A stretch of 64,000 bases of DNA, taken from Eledone cirrhosa (Eukaryota). This document shows positions 39,301 to 54,300 of this stretch, in pieces. The DNA lies in contig OZ024752.1 of assembly GCA_964016885.1 (NCBI GenBank), forward strand, positions 21,762,001-21,826,000, read 5' to 3'. Under the pieces are notes generated by a model. The model had not been told where the DNA came from and did not search any database. It was given only the letters and a program-made list of their open reading frames with translations. The position numbers were made by a program, and so were the translations under genes. Each line of letters opens with the position of its first letter. Positions within the stretch are counted from its first letter, which is position 1.

Positions 39301-42300
39301 TGTATATGTAACTAAAACATGGTCTATTGGTCAATGAGAGTGGTGTGAGGTGCTGTGTATATGTAACTAAAACATGGTCTATTGGTCAATGGGAGTGGTG
39401 TGAGGTGTTGTGTATATGTAACTAAAACATGGTCTATCGGTCAATAAGAGTGGTGTGAGGTGTTGTGTATATGTAACTAAAACATGGTCTATTGGTCAAT
39501 AAGAGTGGTGTGAGTTGTTGTGTATATGTAACTAAAAAATGGTAAATTGGTCAATGAGAATGGTGTGAGGTGTTGTGTATGTGTAACTAAAACATGGTCT
39601 ATTGGTCAATGACAGTGGTGTGAGGTGTTGTGTATATGTAACTAAAACATGGTCTATTGGTCAATGAGAGTGGTGTGAGGCGCTGTGTATATGTAACTAA
39701 AACATGGTCTATTGGTCAATGAGAGTGGTGTGAGGTGTTGTGTATATGTAACTAAAACATGGTCTATTGGTCAATGAGTGTGGTGTGAGGTGTTGTGTAT
39801 ATGTAACTAAAACATGGTCTATTGGTCAATTACATTTGTGTGAGGGGTTGTGTTTATGTAACTAAAGATTGGTCTATTGGTCAATGAGAGTGGTGTGAGG
39901 TGTTGTGTATATGTAACTAAAACATGGTCTATTGGTCAATGAGATTGGTGTGAGGTGTTGTGTATATGTAACTAAAACATGGTCTATTGGTCAATGAGAA
40001 TGGTGTGAGGTGTTGTGTATATGTACTAAAACATGGTCTATTGGTCAATGAGAGTGGTGTGAGGTGTTGTGTATATCTACTAAAACATGGTCTATTGGTC
40101 AATGAGGGTGGTGTGAGTTGTTGTGTATATGTAACTAAAACATGGTCTATTGGTCAATGAGAATGGTGTGAGGTTTTGTGTATATGTAACTAAAACATGG
40201 TCTATTGGTCAATTACATTGGTGTGAGGGGTTGTGTTTATGTAACTAAAGATTGGTCTATTGGTCAATCAGAGTGGTGTGAGGTGTTGTATATATGTAAC
40301 TAAAACATGGTCTATTGGTCAATGTGGGGGGGGGGGTGTAGGGTGTTGTGTATATATAACTAAAATCATGGTCTATTGGTCAATGAGAGTGGTGTGAGGT
40401 GTTGTGTATATGTAACTAAAGAATAGTCTATTGGTCAATGAGAGTGGTGTGAGGTGTTGTGTATATGTAACTAAAACATGGTCTATTGGTCAATGAGAAT
40501 GGTCTGAGGTGTTGTCTATATGTAACTAAAACATGATCTATTGGTCAATGGAAGTGGTGTGAGGTGTTGTGTATACGTAACTAAAACATTATCTATTGGC
40601 CAATGAGAGTGGTGTGAGGTGTTGTGTATATGTAACTAAAACATGATCTATTGGTCAATGGGAGTGGTGTGAGGTGTTGTGTATATGTAACTAAAACATG
40701 GTCTATTGGTCAATGAGAATGGTCTGAGGTGTTGTCTATATGTAACTAAAACATGATCTATTGGTCAATGGAAGTGGTATGAGGTGTTGTGTATATGTAA
40801 CTAAAACATTATCTATTGGTCAATGAGAGTGGTGTGAGGTGTTGTGTATATGTAACTAAAACATGATCTATTGGTCAATGGGAGTGGTGTGAGGTGTTGT
40901 GTATATGTAACTAAAACATGATCTATTGGTCAATGGAAGTGGTGTGAGGTGTTGTGTATATGTAACTAAAACATGGTCTATTGGTCAATCAGAGTGGTGT
41001 GAGGTGTTGTATATATGTAACTAAAACATGGTCTATTGGTCAATGTGGGGGGGTGTAGGGTGTTGTGTATATATAACTAAATCATGGTCTATTGGTCAAT
41101 GAGAGTGGTGTGAGGTGTTGTGTATATGTAACTAAAGAATAGTCTATTGGTCAATGAGAGTGGTGTGAGGTGTTGTGTATATGTAACTAAAACATGGTCT
41201 ATTGGTCAATGAGAATGGTGTGAGGTGTTGTGTATATGCAACTAAAACATGGTCTATTGGTCAATGAGATTGGTGTGTGGTGTTGTGTATATGTAACTAA
41301 AACATGATCTATTGGTCAATGGAAGTGGTGTGAGGTGTTGTGTATATGTAACTAAAACATGGTCTATTGGTCAATGAGAATGGTCTGAGGTGTTGTCTAT
41401 ATGTAACTAAAACATGATCTATTGGTCAATGGAAGTGGTGTGAGGTGTTGTGTATATGTAACTAAAACACTATCTATTGGTCAATGAGAGTGGTGTGAGG
41501 TGTTGTGTATATGTAACTAAAACATGGTCTATTGGTCAATGACAGTGGTGTGAGGTTTTGTGTATATGTAACTAAAACATGATCTATTGGTCAATGGGAG
41601 TGGTGTGAGGTGTTGTGTATATGTAACTAAAACATGGTCTATTGGTCAATGAGAGTGGTGTGAGGTGTTGTGTATGTGTAACTAAAACATGGTCTATTGG
41701 TCAATGAGGATGGTGTGAGGTGTTGTGTATATGTAACTAAAACATGGTCTATTGGTCAATGACAGTGGTGTGAGGTGTTGTGTATATTTAACTAAAACAT
41801 GGTCTATTGGTCAATGAGAGTGGTGTGAGGTGTTGTGTATATTTAACTAAAACATGGTCTATTGGTCAATGAGGGTGGTGTGAGGTGCTGTGTATATGTA
41901 ACTAAAACATGGTCTATTGGTCAATGAGAGTGGTGTGAGGTGTTGTGTATATGTAACTAAAACATGGTCTATTGGTCAATGAGTGTGGTGTGAGGTGTTG
42001 TGTATGTGTAACTAAAACATTGTCTATTGGTCAATGAGAGTGGTGTGAGGTGCTGTGTATATGTAACTAAAACATGGTCTATTGGTCAATGAGGGTGGTG
42101 TGAGGTGTTGTGTATATGTAACTAAAACATGGTCTATTGGTCAATGAGGGTGGTGTGAGGTCTTGTGTATATGTAACTAAAACATGGTCTATTGGTCAAT
42201 GAGGGTGGTGTGAGGTGTTGTGTATATGTAACTAAGACATGGTCTATTGGTCAATGAGTGTGGTGTGAGGTGTTGTGTATATGTAACTAAATCATGGTCT

Positions 42301-45300
42301 ATTGGTCAATGAGAGTGGTGTGAGGTGTTGTGTATATGTAACTAAAACATGGTCTATTGGTCAATGTGGGGGGTGTGAGGTGTTGTGTATATGTAACTAA
42401 AACATGGTCTATTGGTCAATGAGGGTGGTGTGAGGTGTTGTGTATGTGTAACTAAAACATGGTCTATTGGTCAATGAGAGTGGTGTGAGGTGTTGTGTAT
42501 ATGTAACTAAAACATGGTCTATTGGTCAATGTGGGTGGTGTGAGGTGTTGTGTATATGTAACTAAAACATGGTCTATTGGTCAATGTGGGTGGTGTGAGG
42601 TGTTGTGTATGTGTAACTAAAACATGGTCTATTGGTCAATGAGAGTGGTGTGAGGTGTTGTGTATATGTAACTAAAACATGGTCTATTGGTCAATGAGGG
42701 TGGTGTGAGGTGCTGTGTATATGTAACTAAAACATGGTCTATTGGTCAATGAGAGTGGTGTGAGGTGTTGTGTATATGTAACTAAAACATGGTCTATTGG
42801 TCAATGACATTGGTGTGAGGTGTTGTGTTTATGTAACTAAAACATGGTCTATTGGTCAATGGGATTGGTGTGAGGTGTTGTGTATATGTAACTAAAACAT
42901 GGTCTATTGGTCAATGAGAGTGGTGTGAGGTGTTATGTATATGTAACTAAAGAATGGTCTATTGGTCAATGTGGGGGGTGTAGGGTGTTGTGCATATGTA
43001 ACTAAAACATGGTCTATTGGTGAATGGGATTGGTGTGAGGTGTTGTGTATATGTAACTAAAACATGGTCTATTGGTCAATGGGATTGGTGTGAGGTGTTG
43101 TGTATATGTAACTAAAACATGGTCTATTGGTCAATGGGATTGGTGTGAGGTGTTGTGTATATGTAACTAAAGAATGGTCTATTGGTCAATGTGGGGGTGT
43201 AGGGTTTTGTGTATATGTAACTAAATCATGGTCTATTGGTCAATGAGTGTGGTGTGAGGTTTTGTGTATATGTAACTAAAACATGGTCTATTGGTCAATG
43301 AGTGTGGTGTGAGGTGTTGTGTATATGTAACTAAAACATGGTCTATTGGTCAATGAGGGTGGTGTGAGGTGTTGTCTATGTGTAACTAAAACATGGTCTA
43401 TTGGTCAATGAGAATGGTGTGAGGTGTTGTGTATATGTAACTAAGACATGGTCTATAGGTCAATGAGAGTGGTGTGAGGTGTTGTGTATATGTAACTAAG
43501 ACATGGTGTATTGGTCAATGAGAGTGGTGTGAGGTGTTGTGTATATGTAACTAAAACATGGTCTATTGGTCAATGAGAGTGGTGTGAGGTGTTGTGTATA
43601 TGTAACTAAAACATGGTCTATTGGTCAATGAGAGTGGTGTGAGGTTTTGTGAATGTGTAACTAAAACATGGTCTATTGGTCAATGAGAGTGGTGTGAGGT
43701 GTTGTGTATATGTAACTAAAACATGGTCTATTGGTCAATGACAGTGGTGTGAGGTGTTGTGTATATGTAACTAAAACATGGTCTATTGGTCAATGAGAGT
43801 GGTGTGAGGTCTTGTGTATATGTAACTAAAACATGGTCAATTGGTCAATGAGAGTGGTGTGAGGTGTTGTGTATGTGTAACTAAAACATGGTCTATTGGT
43901 CAATGAGGATGGTGTGAGGTGTTGTGTATATGTAACTAAAACATGGTCTATTGGTCAATGACAGTGGTGTGAGGTGTTGTGTATATTTAACTAAAACATG
44001 GTCTATTGGTCAATGAGAGTGGTGTGAGGTGTTGTGTATATTTAACTAAAACATGGTCTATTGGTCAATGAGGGTGGTGTGAGGTGCTGTGTATATGTAA
44101 CTAAAACATGGTCTATTGGTCAATGAGAGTGGTGTGAGGTGTTGTGTATATGTAACTAAAACATGGTCTATTGGTCAATGAGGGTGGTGTGAGGTGTTGT
44201 GTATGTGTAACTAAAACATGGTCTATTGGTCAATGAGTGTGGTGTGAGGTGTTGTGTATGTGTAACTAAAACATTGTCTATTGGCCAATGAGAGTGGTGT
44301 GAGGTGCTGTGTATATGTAACTAAAACATGGTCTATTGGTCAATGAGGGTGGTGTGAGGTGTTGTGTATATGTAACTAAAACATGGTCTATTGGTCAATG
44401 AGGGTGGTGTGAGGTCTTGTGTATATGTAACTAAAACATGGTCTATTGGTCAATGAGGGTGGTGTGAGGTGTTGTGTATATGTAACTAAGACATGGTCTA
44501 TTGGTCAATGAGTGTGGTGTGAGGTGTTGTGTATATGTAACTAAATCATGGTCTATTGGTCAATGAGAGTGGTGTGAGGTGTTGTGTATATGTAACTAAA
44601 ACATGGTCTATTGGTCAATGTGGGGGGTGTGAGGTGTTGTGTATATGTAACTAAAACATGGTCTATTGGTCAATGAGGGTGGTGTGAGGTGTTGTGTATG
44701 TGTAACTAAAACATGGTCTATTGGTCAATGAGAGTGGTGTGAGGTGTTGTGTATATGTAACTAAAACATGGTCTATTGGTCAATGTGGGTGGTGTGAGGT
44801 GTTGTGTATATGTAACTAAAACATGGTCTATTGGTCAATGTGGGTGGTGTGAGGTGTTGTGTATGTGTAACTAAAACATGGTCTATTGGTCAATGAGAGT
44901 GGTGTGAGGTGTTGTGTATATGTAACTAAAACATGGTCTATTGGTCAATGAGGGTGGTGTGAGGTGCTGTGTATATGTAACTAAAACATGGTCTATTGGT
45001 CAATGAGAGTGGTGTGAGGTGTTGTGTATATGTAACTAAAACATGGTCTATTGGTCAATGACATTGGTGTGAGGTGTTGTGTTTATGTAACTAAAACATG
45101 GTCTATTGGTCAATGGGATTGGTGTGAGGTGTTGTGTATATGTAACTAAAACATGGTCTATTGGTCAATGAGAGTGGTGTGAGGTGTTATGTATATGTAA
45201 CTAAAGAATGGTCTATTGGTCAATGTGGGGGGTGTAGGGTGTTGTGTATATGTAACTAAAACATGGTCTATTGGTGAATGGGATTGGTGTGAGGTGTTGT

Positions 45301-48300
45301 GTATATGTAACTAAAACATGGTCTATTGGTCAATGGGATTGGTGTGAGGTGTTGTGTATATGTAACTAAAACATGGTCTATTGGTCAATGGGATTGGTGT
45401 GAGGTGTTGTGTATATGTAACTAAAGAATGGTCTATTGGTCAATGTGGGGGTGTAGGGTTTTGTGTATATGTAACTAAATCATGGTCTATTGGTCAATGA
45501 GTGTGGTGTGAGGTTTTGTGTATATGTAACTAAAACATGGTCTATTGGTCAATGAGTGTGGTGTGAGGTGTTGTGTATATGTAACTAAAACATGGTCTAT
45601 TGGTCAATGGGATTGGTGTGAGGTGTTGTGTATATGTAACTAAAACATGGTCTATTGGTCAATGGAAGTGGTGTGAGGTGTTGTGTATATGTAACTAAAA
45701 CATGGTCTATTGGTCAATGAGAGTGGTGTGAGGTGCTGTGTATATGTAACTAAAACATGGTCTATTGGTCAATGGGAGTGGTGTGAGGTGTTGTGTATAT
45801 GTAACTAAAACATGGTCTATTGGTCAATAAGAGTGGTGTGAGGTGTTGTGTATATGTAACTAAAACATGGTCTATTGGTCAATAAGAGTGGTGTGAGGTG
45901 TTGTGTATATGTAACTAAAAAATGGTAAATTGGTCAATGAGAATGGTGTGAGGTGTTGTGTATGTGTAACTAAAACATGGTCTATTGGTCAATGACAGTG
46001 GTGTGAGGTGTTGTGTATATGTAACTAAAACATGGTCTATTGGTCAATGAGAGTGGTGTGAGGCGCTGTGTATATGTAACTAAAACATGGTCTATTGGTC
46101 AATGAGAGTGGTGTGAGGTGTTGTGTATATGTAACTAAAACATGGTCTATTGGTCAATGAGTGTGGTGTGAGGTGTTGTGTATATGTAACTAAAACATGG
46201 TCTATTGGTCAATTACATTTGTGTGAGGGGTTGTGTTTATGTAACTAAAGATTGGTCTATTGGTCAATGAGAGTGGTGTGAGGTGTTGTGTATATGTAAC
46301 TAAAACATGGTCTATTGGTCAATGAGATTGGTGTGAGGTGTTGTGTATATGTAACTAAAACATGGTCTATTGGTCAATGAGAATGGTGTGAGGTGTTGTG
46401 TATATGTACTAAAACATGGTCTATTGGTCAATGAGAGTGGTGTGAGGTGTTGTGTATATCTACTAAAACATGGTCTATTGGTCAATGAGGGTGGTGTGAG
46501 TTGTTGTGTATATGTAACTAAAACATGGTCTATTGGTCAATGAGAATGGTGTGAGGTTTTGTGTATATGTAACTAAAACATGGTCTATTGGTCAATTACA
46601 TTGGTGTGAGGGGTTGTGTTTATGTAACTAAAGATTGGTCTATTGGTCAATCAGAGTGGTGTGAGGTGTTGTATATATGTAACTAAAACATGGTCTATTG
46701 GTCAATGTGGGGGGGGGGTGTAGGGTGTTGTGTATATATAACTAAAATCATGGTCTATTGGTCAATGAGAGTGGTGTGAGGTGTTGTGTATATGTAACTA
46801 AAGAATAGTCTATTGGTCAATGAGAGTGGTGTGAGGTGTTGTGTATATGTAACTAAAACATGGTCTATTGGTCAATGAGAATGGTCTGAGGTGTTGTCTA
46901 TATGTAACTAAAACATGATCTATTGGTCAATGGAAGTGGTGTGAGGTGTTGTGTATACGTAACTAAAACATTATCTATTGGTCAATGAGAGTGGTGTGAG
47001 GTGTTGTGTATATGTAACTAAAACATGATCTATTGGTCAATGGGAGTGGTGTGAGGTGTTGTGTATATGTAACTAAAACATGGTCTATTGGTCAATGAGA
47101 ATGGTCTGAGGTGTTGTCTATATGTAACTAAAACATGATCTATTGGTCAATGGAAGTGGTATGAGGTGTTGTGTATATGTAACTAAAACATTATCTATTG
47201 GTCAATGAGAGTGGTGTGAGGTGTTGTGTATATGTAACTAAAACATGATCTATTGGTCAATGGGAGTGGTGTGAGGTGTTGTGTATATGTAACTAAAACA
47301 TGATCTATTGGTCAATGGAAGTGGTGTGAGGTGTTGTGTATATGTAACTAAAACATGGTCTATTGGTCAATCAGAGTGGTGTGAGGTGTTGTATATATGT
47401 AACTAAAACATGGTCTATTGGTCAATGTGGGGGGGTGTAGGGTGTTGTGTATATATAACTAAATCATGGTCTATTGGTCAATGAGAGTGGTGTGAGGTGT
47501 TGTGTATATGTAACTAAAGAATAGTCTATTGGTCAATGAGAGTGGTGTGAGGTGTTGTGTATATGTAACTAAAACATGGTCTATTGGTCAATGAGAATGG
47601 TGTGAGGTGTTGTGTATATGCAACTAAAACATGGTCTATTGGTCAATGAGATTGGTGTGTGGTGTTGTGTATATGTAACTAAAACATGATCTATTGGTCA
47701 ATGGAAGTGGTGTGAGGTGTTGTGTATATGTAACTAAAACATGGTCTATTGGTCAATGAGAATGGTCTGAGGTGTTGTCTATATGTAACTAAAACATGAT
47801 CTATTGGTCAATGGAAGTGGTGTGAGGTGTTGTGTATATGTAACTAAAACACTATCTATTGGTCAATGAGAGTGGTGTGAGGTGTTGTGTATATGTAACT
47901 AAAACATGGTCTATTGGTCAATGACAGTGGTGTGAGGTTTTGTGTATATGTAACTAAAACATGATCTATTGGTCAATGGGAGTGGTGTGAGGTGTTGTGT
48001 ATATGTAACTAAAACATGGTCTATTGGTCAATGAGAGTGGTGTGAGGTGTTGTGTATATGTAACTAAAACATGGTCTATTGGTCAATGACAGTGGTGTGA
48101 GGTGTTGTGTATATGTAACTAAAACATGATCTATTGGTCAATGTGGGTGGTGTGAGGTGTTATGTATATGTAACTAAAACATGGTCTATTGGTCAATGAG
48201 AGTGGTGTGAGGTGTTGTGTATATGTAACTAAAACATGGTCTATTGGTCAATGACAGTGGTGTGAGGTGTTGTGTATATGTAACTAAAACATGGTCTATT

Positions 48301-51300
48301 GGTCAATGAGAATGGTCTGAGGTGTTGTGTATATGTAATGAAAAAATGTTTATTGGTCAATGACAGTGGTGTGAGGTGTTGTGTATATGTAACTAAAACA
48401 TGATCTATTGGTCAATGAGAGTGGTGTGAGGTGTTGTGTATATGTAACTAAAACATGTTCTATTGGTCAATGAGAGTGGTGTGAGGTGTTGTGTATATGT
48501 AAGTAAAACATGGTCTATTGGTCAATGACGGTGGTGTGAGGTGTTGTGTATATGTAACTAAAACATGTTCTATTGGTCAATGACAGTGGTGTGAGGTGTT
48601 GTGTATATGTAACTAAAACATGGTCTATTGGTCAATGAGACTGGTCTGAGGTGTTGTGTATATGTAATTAAAAAATGTTTATTGGTCAATGAGAATGGTG
48701 TGAGGTGTTGTGTATATGTAACTAAAACATGATCTATTGGTCAATGAGAGTGGTGTGAGGTGTTGTTTATATGTAACTAAAACATGGTCTATTGGTCAAT
48801 CAGAATATTGTGAGGTGTTGTGTATATGTAACTAAAACATGGTGTATTGGTCAATGAGGGTGGTGTGAGGTATTGTGTATATGTAACTAAAACATGTTCT
48901 ATTGGTCAATGACATTGGTGTGAGGTGTTGTGTATATGTAACCAAAACATGGTCTATTGGTCAATGAGTGTGGTGTGAGGTTTTGTGTATGTGTAACTAA
49001 AACATGGTCTATTGGTCAATGAGTGTGGTGTGAGGTTTTGTGTATGTGTAACTAAAACATGGTCTATTGGTCAATGAGGGTGGTGCGAGGTGTTGTGTAT
49101 ATGTAACTAAAACATGGTCTATTGGTCAATGAGAATGGTCTGAGGTGTTGTCTATATGTAACTAAAACATGATCTATTGGTCAATGGAAGTGGTGTGAGG
49201 TGTTGTGTATATGTAACTAAAACACTATCTATTGGTCAATGAGAGTGGTGTGAGGTGTTGTGTATATGTAACTAAAACATGGTCTATTGGTCAATGACAG
49301 TGGTGTGAGGTTTTGTGTATATGTAACTAAAACATGATCTATTGGTCAATGGGAGTGGTGTGAGGTGTTGTGTATATGTAACTAAAACATGGTCTATTGG
49401 TCAATGAGAGTGGTGTGAGGTGTTGTGTATATGTAACTAAAACATGGTCTATTGGTCAATGACAGTGGTGTGAGGTGTTGTGTATATGTAACTAAAACAT
49501 GATCTATTGGTCAATGTGGGTGGTGTGAGGTGTTATGTATATGTAACTAAAACATGGTCTATTGGTCAATGAGAGTGGTGTGAGGTGTTGTGTATATGTA
49601 ACTAAAACATGGTCTATTGGTCAATGACAGTGGTGTGAGGTGTTGTGTATATGTAACTAAAACATGGTCTATTGGTCAATGAGAATGGTCTGAGGTGTTG
49701 TGTATATGTAATGAAAAAATGTTTATTGGTCAATGACAGTGGTGTGAGGTGTTGTGTATATGTAACTAAAACATGATCTATTGGTCAATGAGAGTGGTGT
49801 GAGGTGTTGTGTATATGTAACTAAAACATGTTCTATTGGTCAATGAGAGTGGTGTGAGGTGTTGTGTATATGTAAGTAAAACATGGTCTATTGGTCAATG
49901 ACAGTGGTGTGAGGTGTTGTGTATATGTAACTAAAACATGTTCTATTGGTCAATGACAGTGGTGTGAGGTGTTGTGTATATGTAACTAAAACATGGTCTA
50001 TTGGTCAATGAGACTGGTCTGAGGTGTTGTGTATATGTAATTAAAAAATGTTTATTGGTCAATGAGAATGGTGTGAGGTGTTGTGTATATGTAACTAAAA
50101 CATGATCTATTGGTCAATGAGAGTGGTGTGAGGTGTTGTTTATATGTAACTAAAACATGGTCTATTGGTCAATCAGAATATTGTGAGGTGTTGTGTATAT
50201 GTAACTAAAACATGGTGTATTGGTCAATGAGGGTGGTGTGAGGTATTGTGTATATGTAACTAAAACATGTTCTATTGGTCAATGACATTGGTGTGAGGTG
50301 TTGTGTATATGTAACCAAAACATGGTCTATTGGTCAATGAGTGTGGTGTGAGGTTTTGTGTATGTGTAACTAAAACATGGTCTATTGGTCAATGAGTGTG
50401 GTGTGAGGTTTTGTGTATGTGTAACTAAAACATGGTCTATTGGTCAATGAGGGTGGTGCGAGGTGTTGTGTATATGTAACTAAAACATGGTCTATTGGTC
50501 AATGAGAGTGGTGTGAGGTTTTGTGTATATGTAACTAAAACATGGTCTATTGGTCAATGAGTGTGGTGTGATGTTTTGTGTATATGTAACTAAAACATGG
50601 TCTATTGGTCAATGAGTGTGGTGTGAGGTTTTGTGTATGTGTAACTAAAACATGGTCTATTGGTCAATGAGGGTGGTGCGAGGTGTTGTGTATATGTAAA
50701 TAAAACATGGTCTATTGGTCAATGAGAGTGGTGTGAGGTGTTGTGTATATGTAACTAAAACATGGTCTATTGGTCAATGAGTGTGGTGTGAGGTTTTGTG
50801 TATGTGTAACTAAAACATGGTCTATTGGTCAATGAGTGTGGTGTGAGGTGTTGTGTATATGTAACTAAACCATGGTCTATTGGTCAATGAGAGTGGTGTG
50901 AGGTGTTGTGTATATGTAACTAAAACATGGTCTATTGGTCAATGGGAGTGGTGTGAGGTGTTGTGTATATGTAACTAAAACATGGTCTATTGGTCAATGA
51001 GTGTGGTGTGACGTTTTGTGTATGTGTAACTAAAACATGGTCTATTGGTCAATGAGAGTGGTGTGAGGTGTTGTATATATGTAACTAAAACATGGTCTAT
51101 TGGTCAATGACAGTGGTGTGAGGTGTTGTGTATATGTAACTAAAACATGGTCTATTGGTCAATGAGAATGGTGTGAGGTGTTGTGTATATGTAACCAAAA
51201 CATGGTCTATTGGTCAATGAGTGTGGTGTGAGGTTTTGTGTATGTGTAACTAAAACATGGTCTATTGGTCAATGAGAATGGTGTGAGGTGTTGTGTATAT

Positions 51301-54300
51301 GTAACTAAAACATGGTCTATTGGTCAATGAGGGTGGTGTGAGGTGTTGTGTATATGTAACTAAAACATGGTCTATTGGTCAATGAGAATGGTGTGAGGTG
51401 TTGTGTATATGTAACTAAAACGTGGTCTATTGGTCAATGAGGGTGGTGTGAGGTGTTGTGTCTATGTAACTAAAACATGGTCTATTGGTCAATGAGAATG
51501 GTGTGAGGTGTTGTGTATATGTAACTAAAACATGGTCTATTGGTCAATGAGTGTGGTGTGAGGTTTTGTGTATGTGTAACTAAAACATAGTCTATTGGTC
51601 AATGAGGGTGGTGTGAGGTGTTGTGTATATGTAACTAAAACATGGTCTATTGGTCAATGAGAATGGTCTAAGGTGTTGTGTATATGTAACTAAAACATGG
51701 TCTATTGGTCAATGAGGGTGGTGTGAGGTGTTGTGTATATGTAACTAAAACATGGTCTATTGGTCAATGAGAATGGTGTGAGGTGTTGTGTATATGTAAC
51801 TAAAACATGGTCTATTGTTCAATGAGGGTGGTGTGAGGTGTTGTGTATATGTAACTAAAACATGGTCTATTGGTCAATGAGAATGGTGTGAGGTGTTGTG
51901 TATATGTAACTAAAACATGGTCTATTGGTCAATGAGGGTGGTGTGAGGTGTTGTGTATATGTAACTAAAACATGGTCTATTGGTCAATGAGAATGGTGTG
52001 AGGTGTTGTGTATATGTAACTAAAACATGGTCTATTGGTCAATGAGTGTGGTGTGAGGTTTTGTGTATGTGTAACTAAAACATAGTCTATTGGTCAATGA
52101 GGGTGGTGTGAGGTGTTGTGTATATGTAACTAAAACATGGTCTATTGGTCAATGAGAATGGTCTGAGGTGTTGTGTATATGTAACTAAAACATGATCTAT
52201 TGGTCAATGAGAGTGGTGTGAGGTGTTGTGTATATGTAAATAAAACATGGTCTATTGGTCAATGAGATTGGTGTGTGGTGTTGTGTATATGTAACTAAAA
52301 CATGATCTATTGGTCAATGAAAGTGGTGTGAGGTGTTGTGTATATGTAACTAAAACATGGTCTATTAGTCAATGAGAATGGTGTGAGGTGTTGTGTATAT
52401 GTAACTAAAACATGATCTATTGGTCAATGAGAGTGGTGTGAGGTGTTGTGTATATGTAAATAAAACATGGTCTATTGGTCAATGAGATTGGTGTGTGGTG
52501 TTGTGTATATGTAACTAAAACATGATCTATTGGTCAATGAAAGTGGTGTGAGGTGTTGTGTATATGTAACTAAAACATGGTCTATTGGTCAATGAGAATG
52601 GTCTGAGGTGTTGTCTATATGTAACTAAAACATGATCTATTGGTCAGTGGAAGTGGTGTGAGGTGTTGTGTATATGTAACTAAAACATTATCTATTGGTC
52701 AATGAGAGTGGTGTGAGGTGTTGTGTATATGTAACTAAAACATGATCTATTGGTCAATGGGAGTGGTGTGAGGTGTTGTGTATATGTAACTAAAACATGG
52801 TCTATTGGTCAATGAGAGTGGTGTGAGGTGTTGTGTATATGTAACTAAAACATGGTCTATTGGTCAATGACAGTGGTGTGAGGTGTTGTGTATATGTAAC
52901 TAAAACATGGTCTATTGGTCAATGAGAATGGTCTGAGGTGTTGTGTATATGTAATGAAAAAATGTTTATTGGTCAATGAGAATGGTGTGAGGTGTTGTGT
53001 ATATGTGACTAAAACATGATCTATTGGTCAATGAGACTGGTCTGAGGTGTTGTGTATATGTAATTAAAAAATGTTTATTGGTCAATGAGAATGGTGTGAG
53101 GTGTTGTGTATATGTAACTAAAACATGATCTATTGGTCAATGAGAGTGGTGTGAGGTGTTGTGTATATGTAACTAAAACATGGTCTATTGGTCAATGAGG
53201 GTGGTGTGAGGTGTTGTGTATATGTAACTAAAACATGGTCTATTGGTCAATGACATTGGTGTGAGGTGTTGTGTATATGTAAATAAAACATGGTCTATTG
53301 GTCAATGAGAGTGGTGTGAGGTGTTGTGTATATGTAACTAAAACATGGTCAATTGGTCAATCAGAATATTGTGAGGTGTTGTGTATATGTAACTAAAACA
53401 TGGTCTATTGGTCAATGAGGGTGGTGTGAGGTGTTGTGTATATGTAACTAAAACATGTTCTATTGGTCAATGACATTGGTGTGAGGTGTTGTGTATATGT
53501 AACTAAAACATGGTGTATTGGTCAATGGGAGTGGTGTGAGGTGTTGTGTATATGTAACTAAAACATGGTCTATTGGTCAATGAGAATGGTGTGAGGTGTT
53601 GTGTATATGTAACTAAAACATGTTCTATGGGTCAATGAGAGTGGTGTGAGGTGTTGTGTATATGTAACTAAAACATGGTCTATTGGTCAATGAGTGTGGT
53701 GTGAGGTTTTGTGTATGTGTAACTAAAACATGGTCTATTGGTCAGTGAGTGTGGTGTGAGGTTTTGTGTATGTGTAACTAAAACATGGTCTATTGGTCAA
53801 TGAGAGTGGTGTGAGGTGTTGTATATATGTAACTAAAACATGGTCTATTGGTCAATGACAGTGGTGTGAGGTGTTGTGTATATGTAACTAAAACATGGTC
53901 TATTGGTCAATGAGAATGGTGTGAGGTGTTGTGTATATGTAACTAAAACATGGTCTATTGGTCAATGAGTGTGGTGTGAGGTTTTGTGTATGTGTAACTA
54001 AAACATGGTCTATTGGTCAATGAGAATGGTGTGAGGTGTTGTGTATATGTAACTAAAACATGGTCTATTGGTCAATGAGGGTGGTGTGAGGTGTTGTGTA
54101 TATGTAACTAAAACATGGTCTATTGGTCAATGAGAATGGTGTGAGGTGTTGTGTATATGTAACTAAAACATGGTCTATTGGTCAATGAGGGTGGTGTGAG
54201 GTGTTGTGTCTATGTAACTAAAACATGGTCTATTGGTCAATGAGAATGGTGTGAGGTGTTGTGTATATGTAACTAAAACATGGTCTATTGGTCAATGAGT

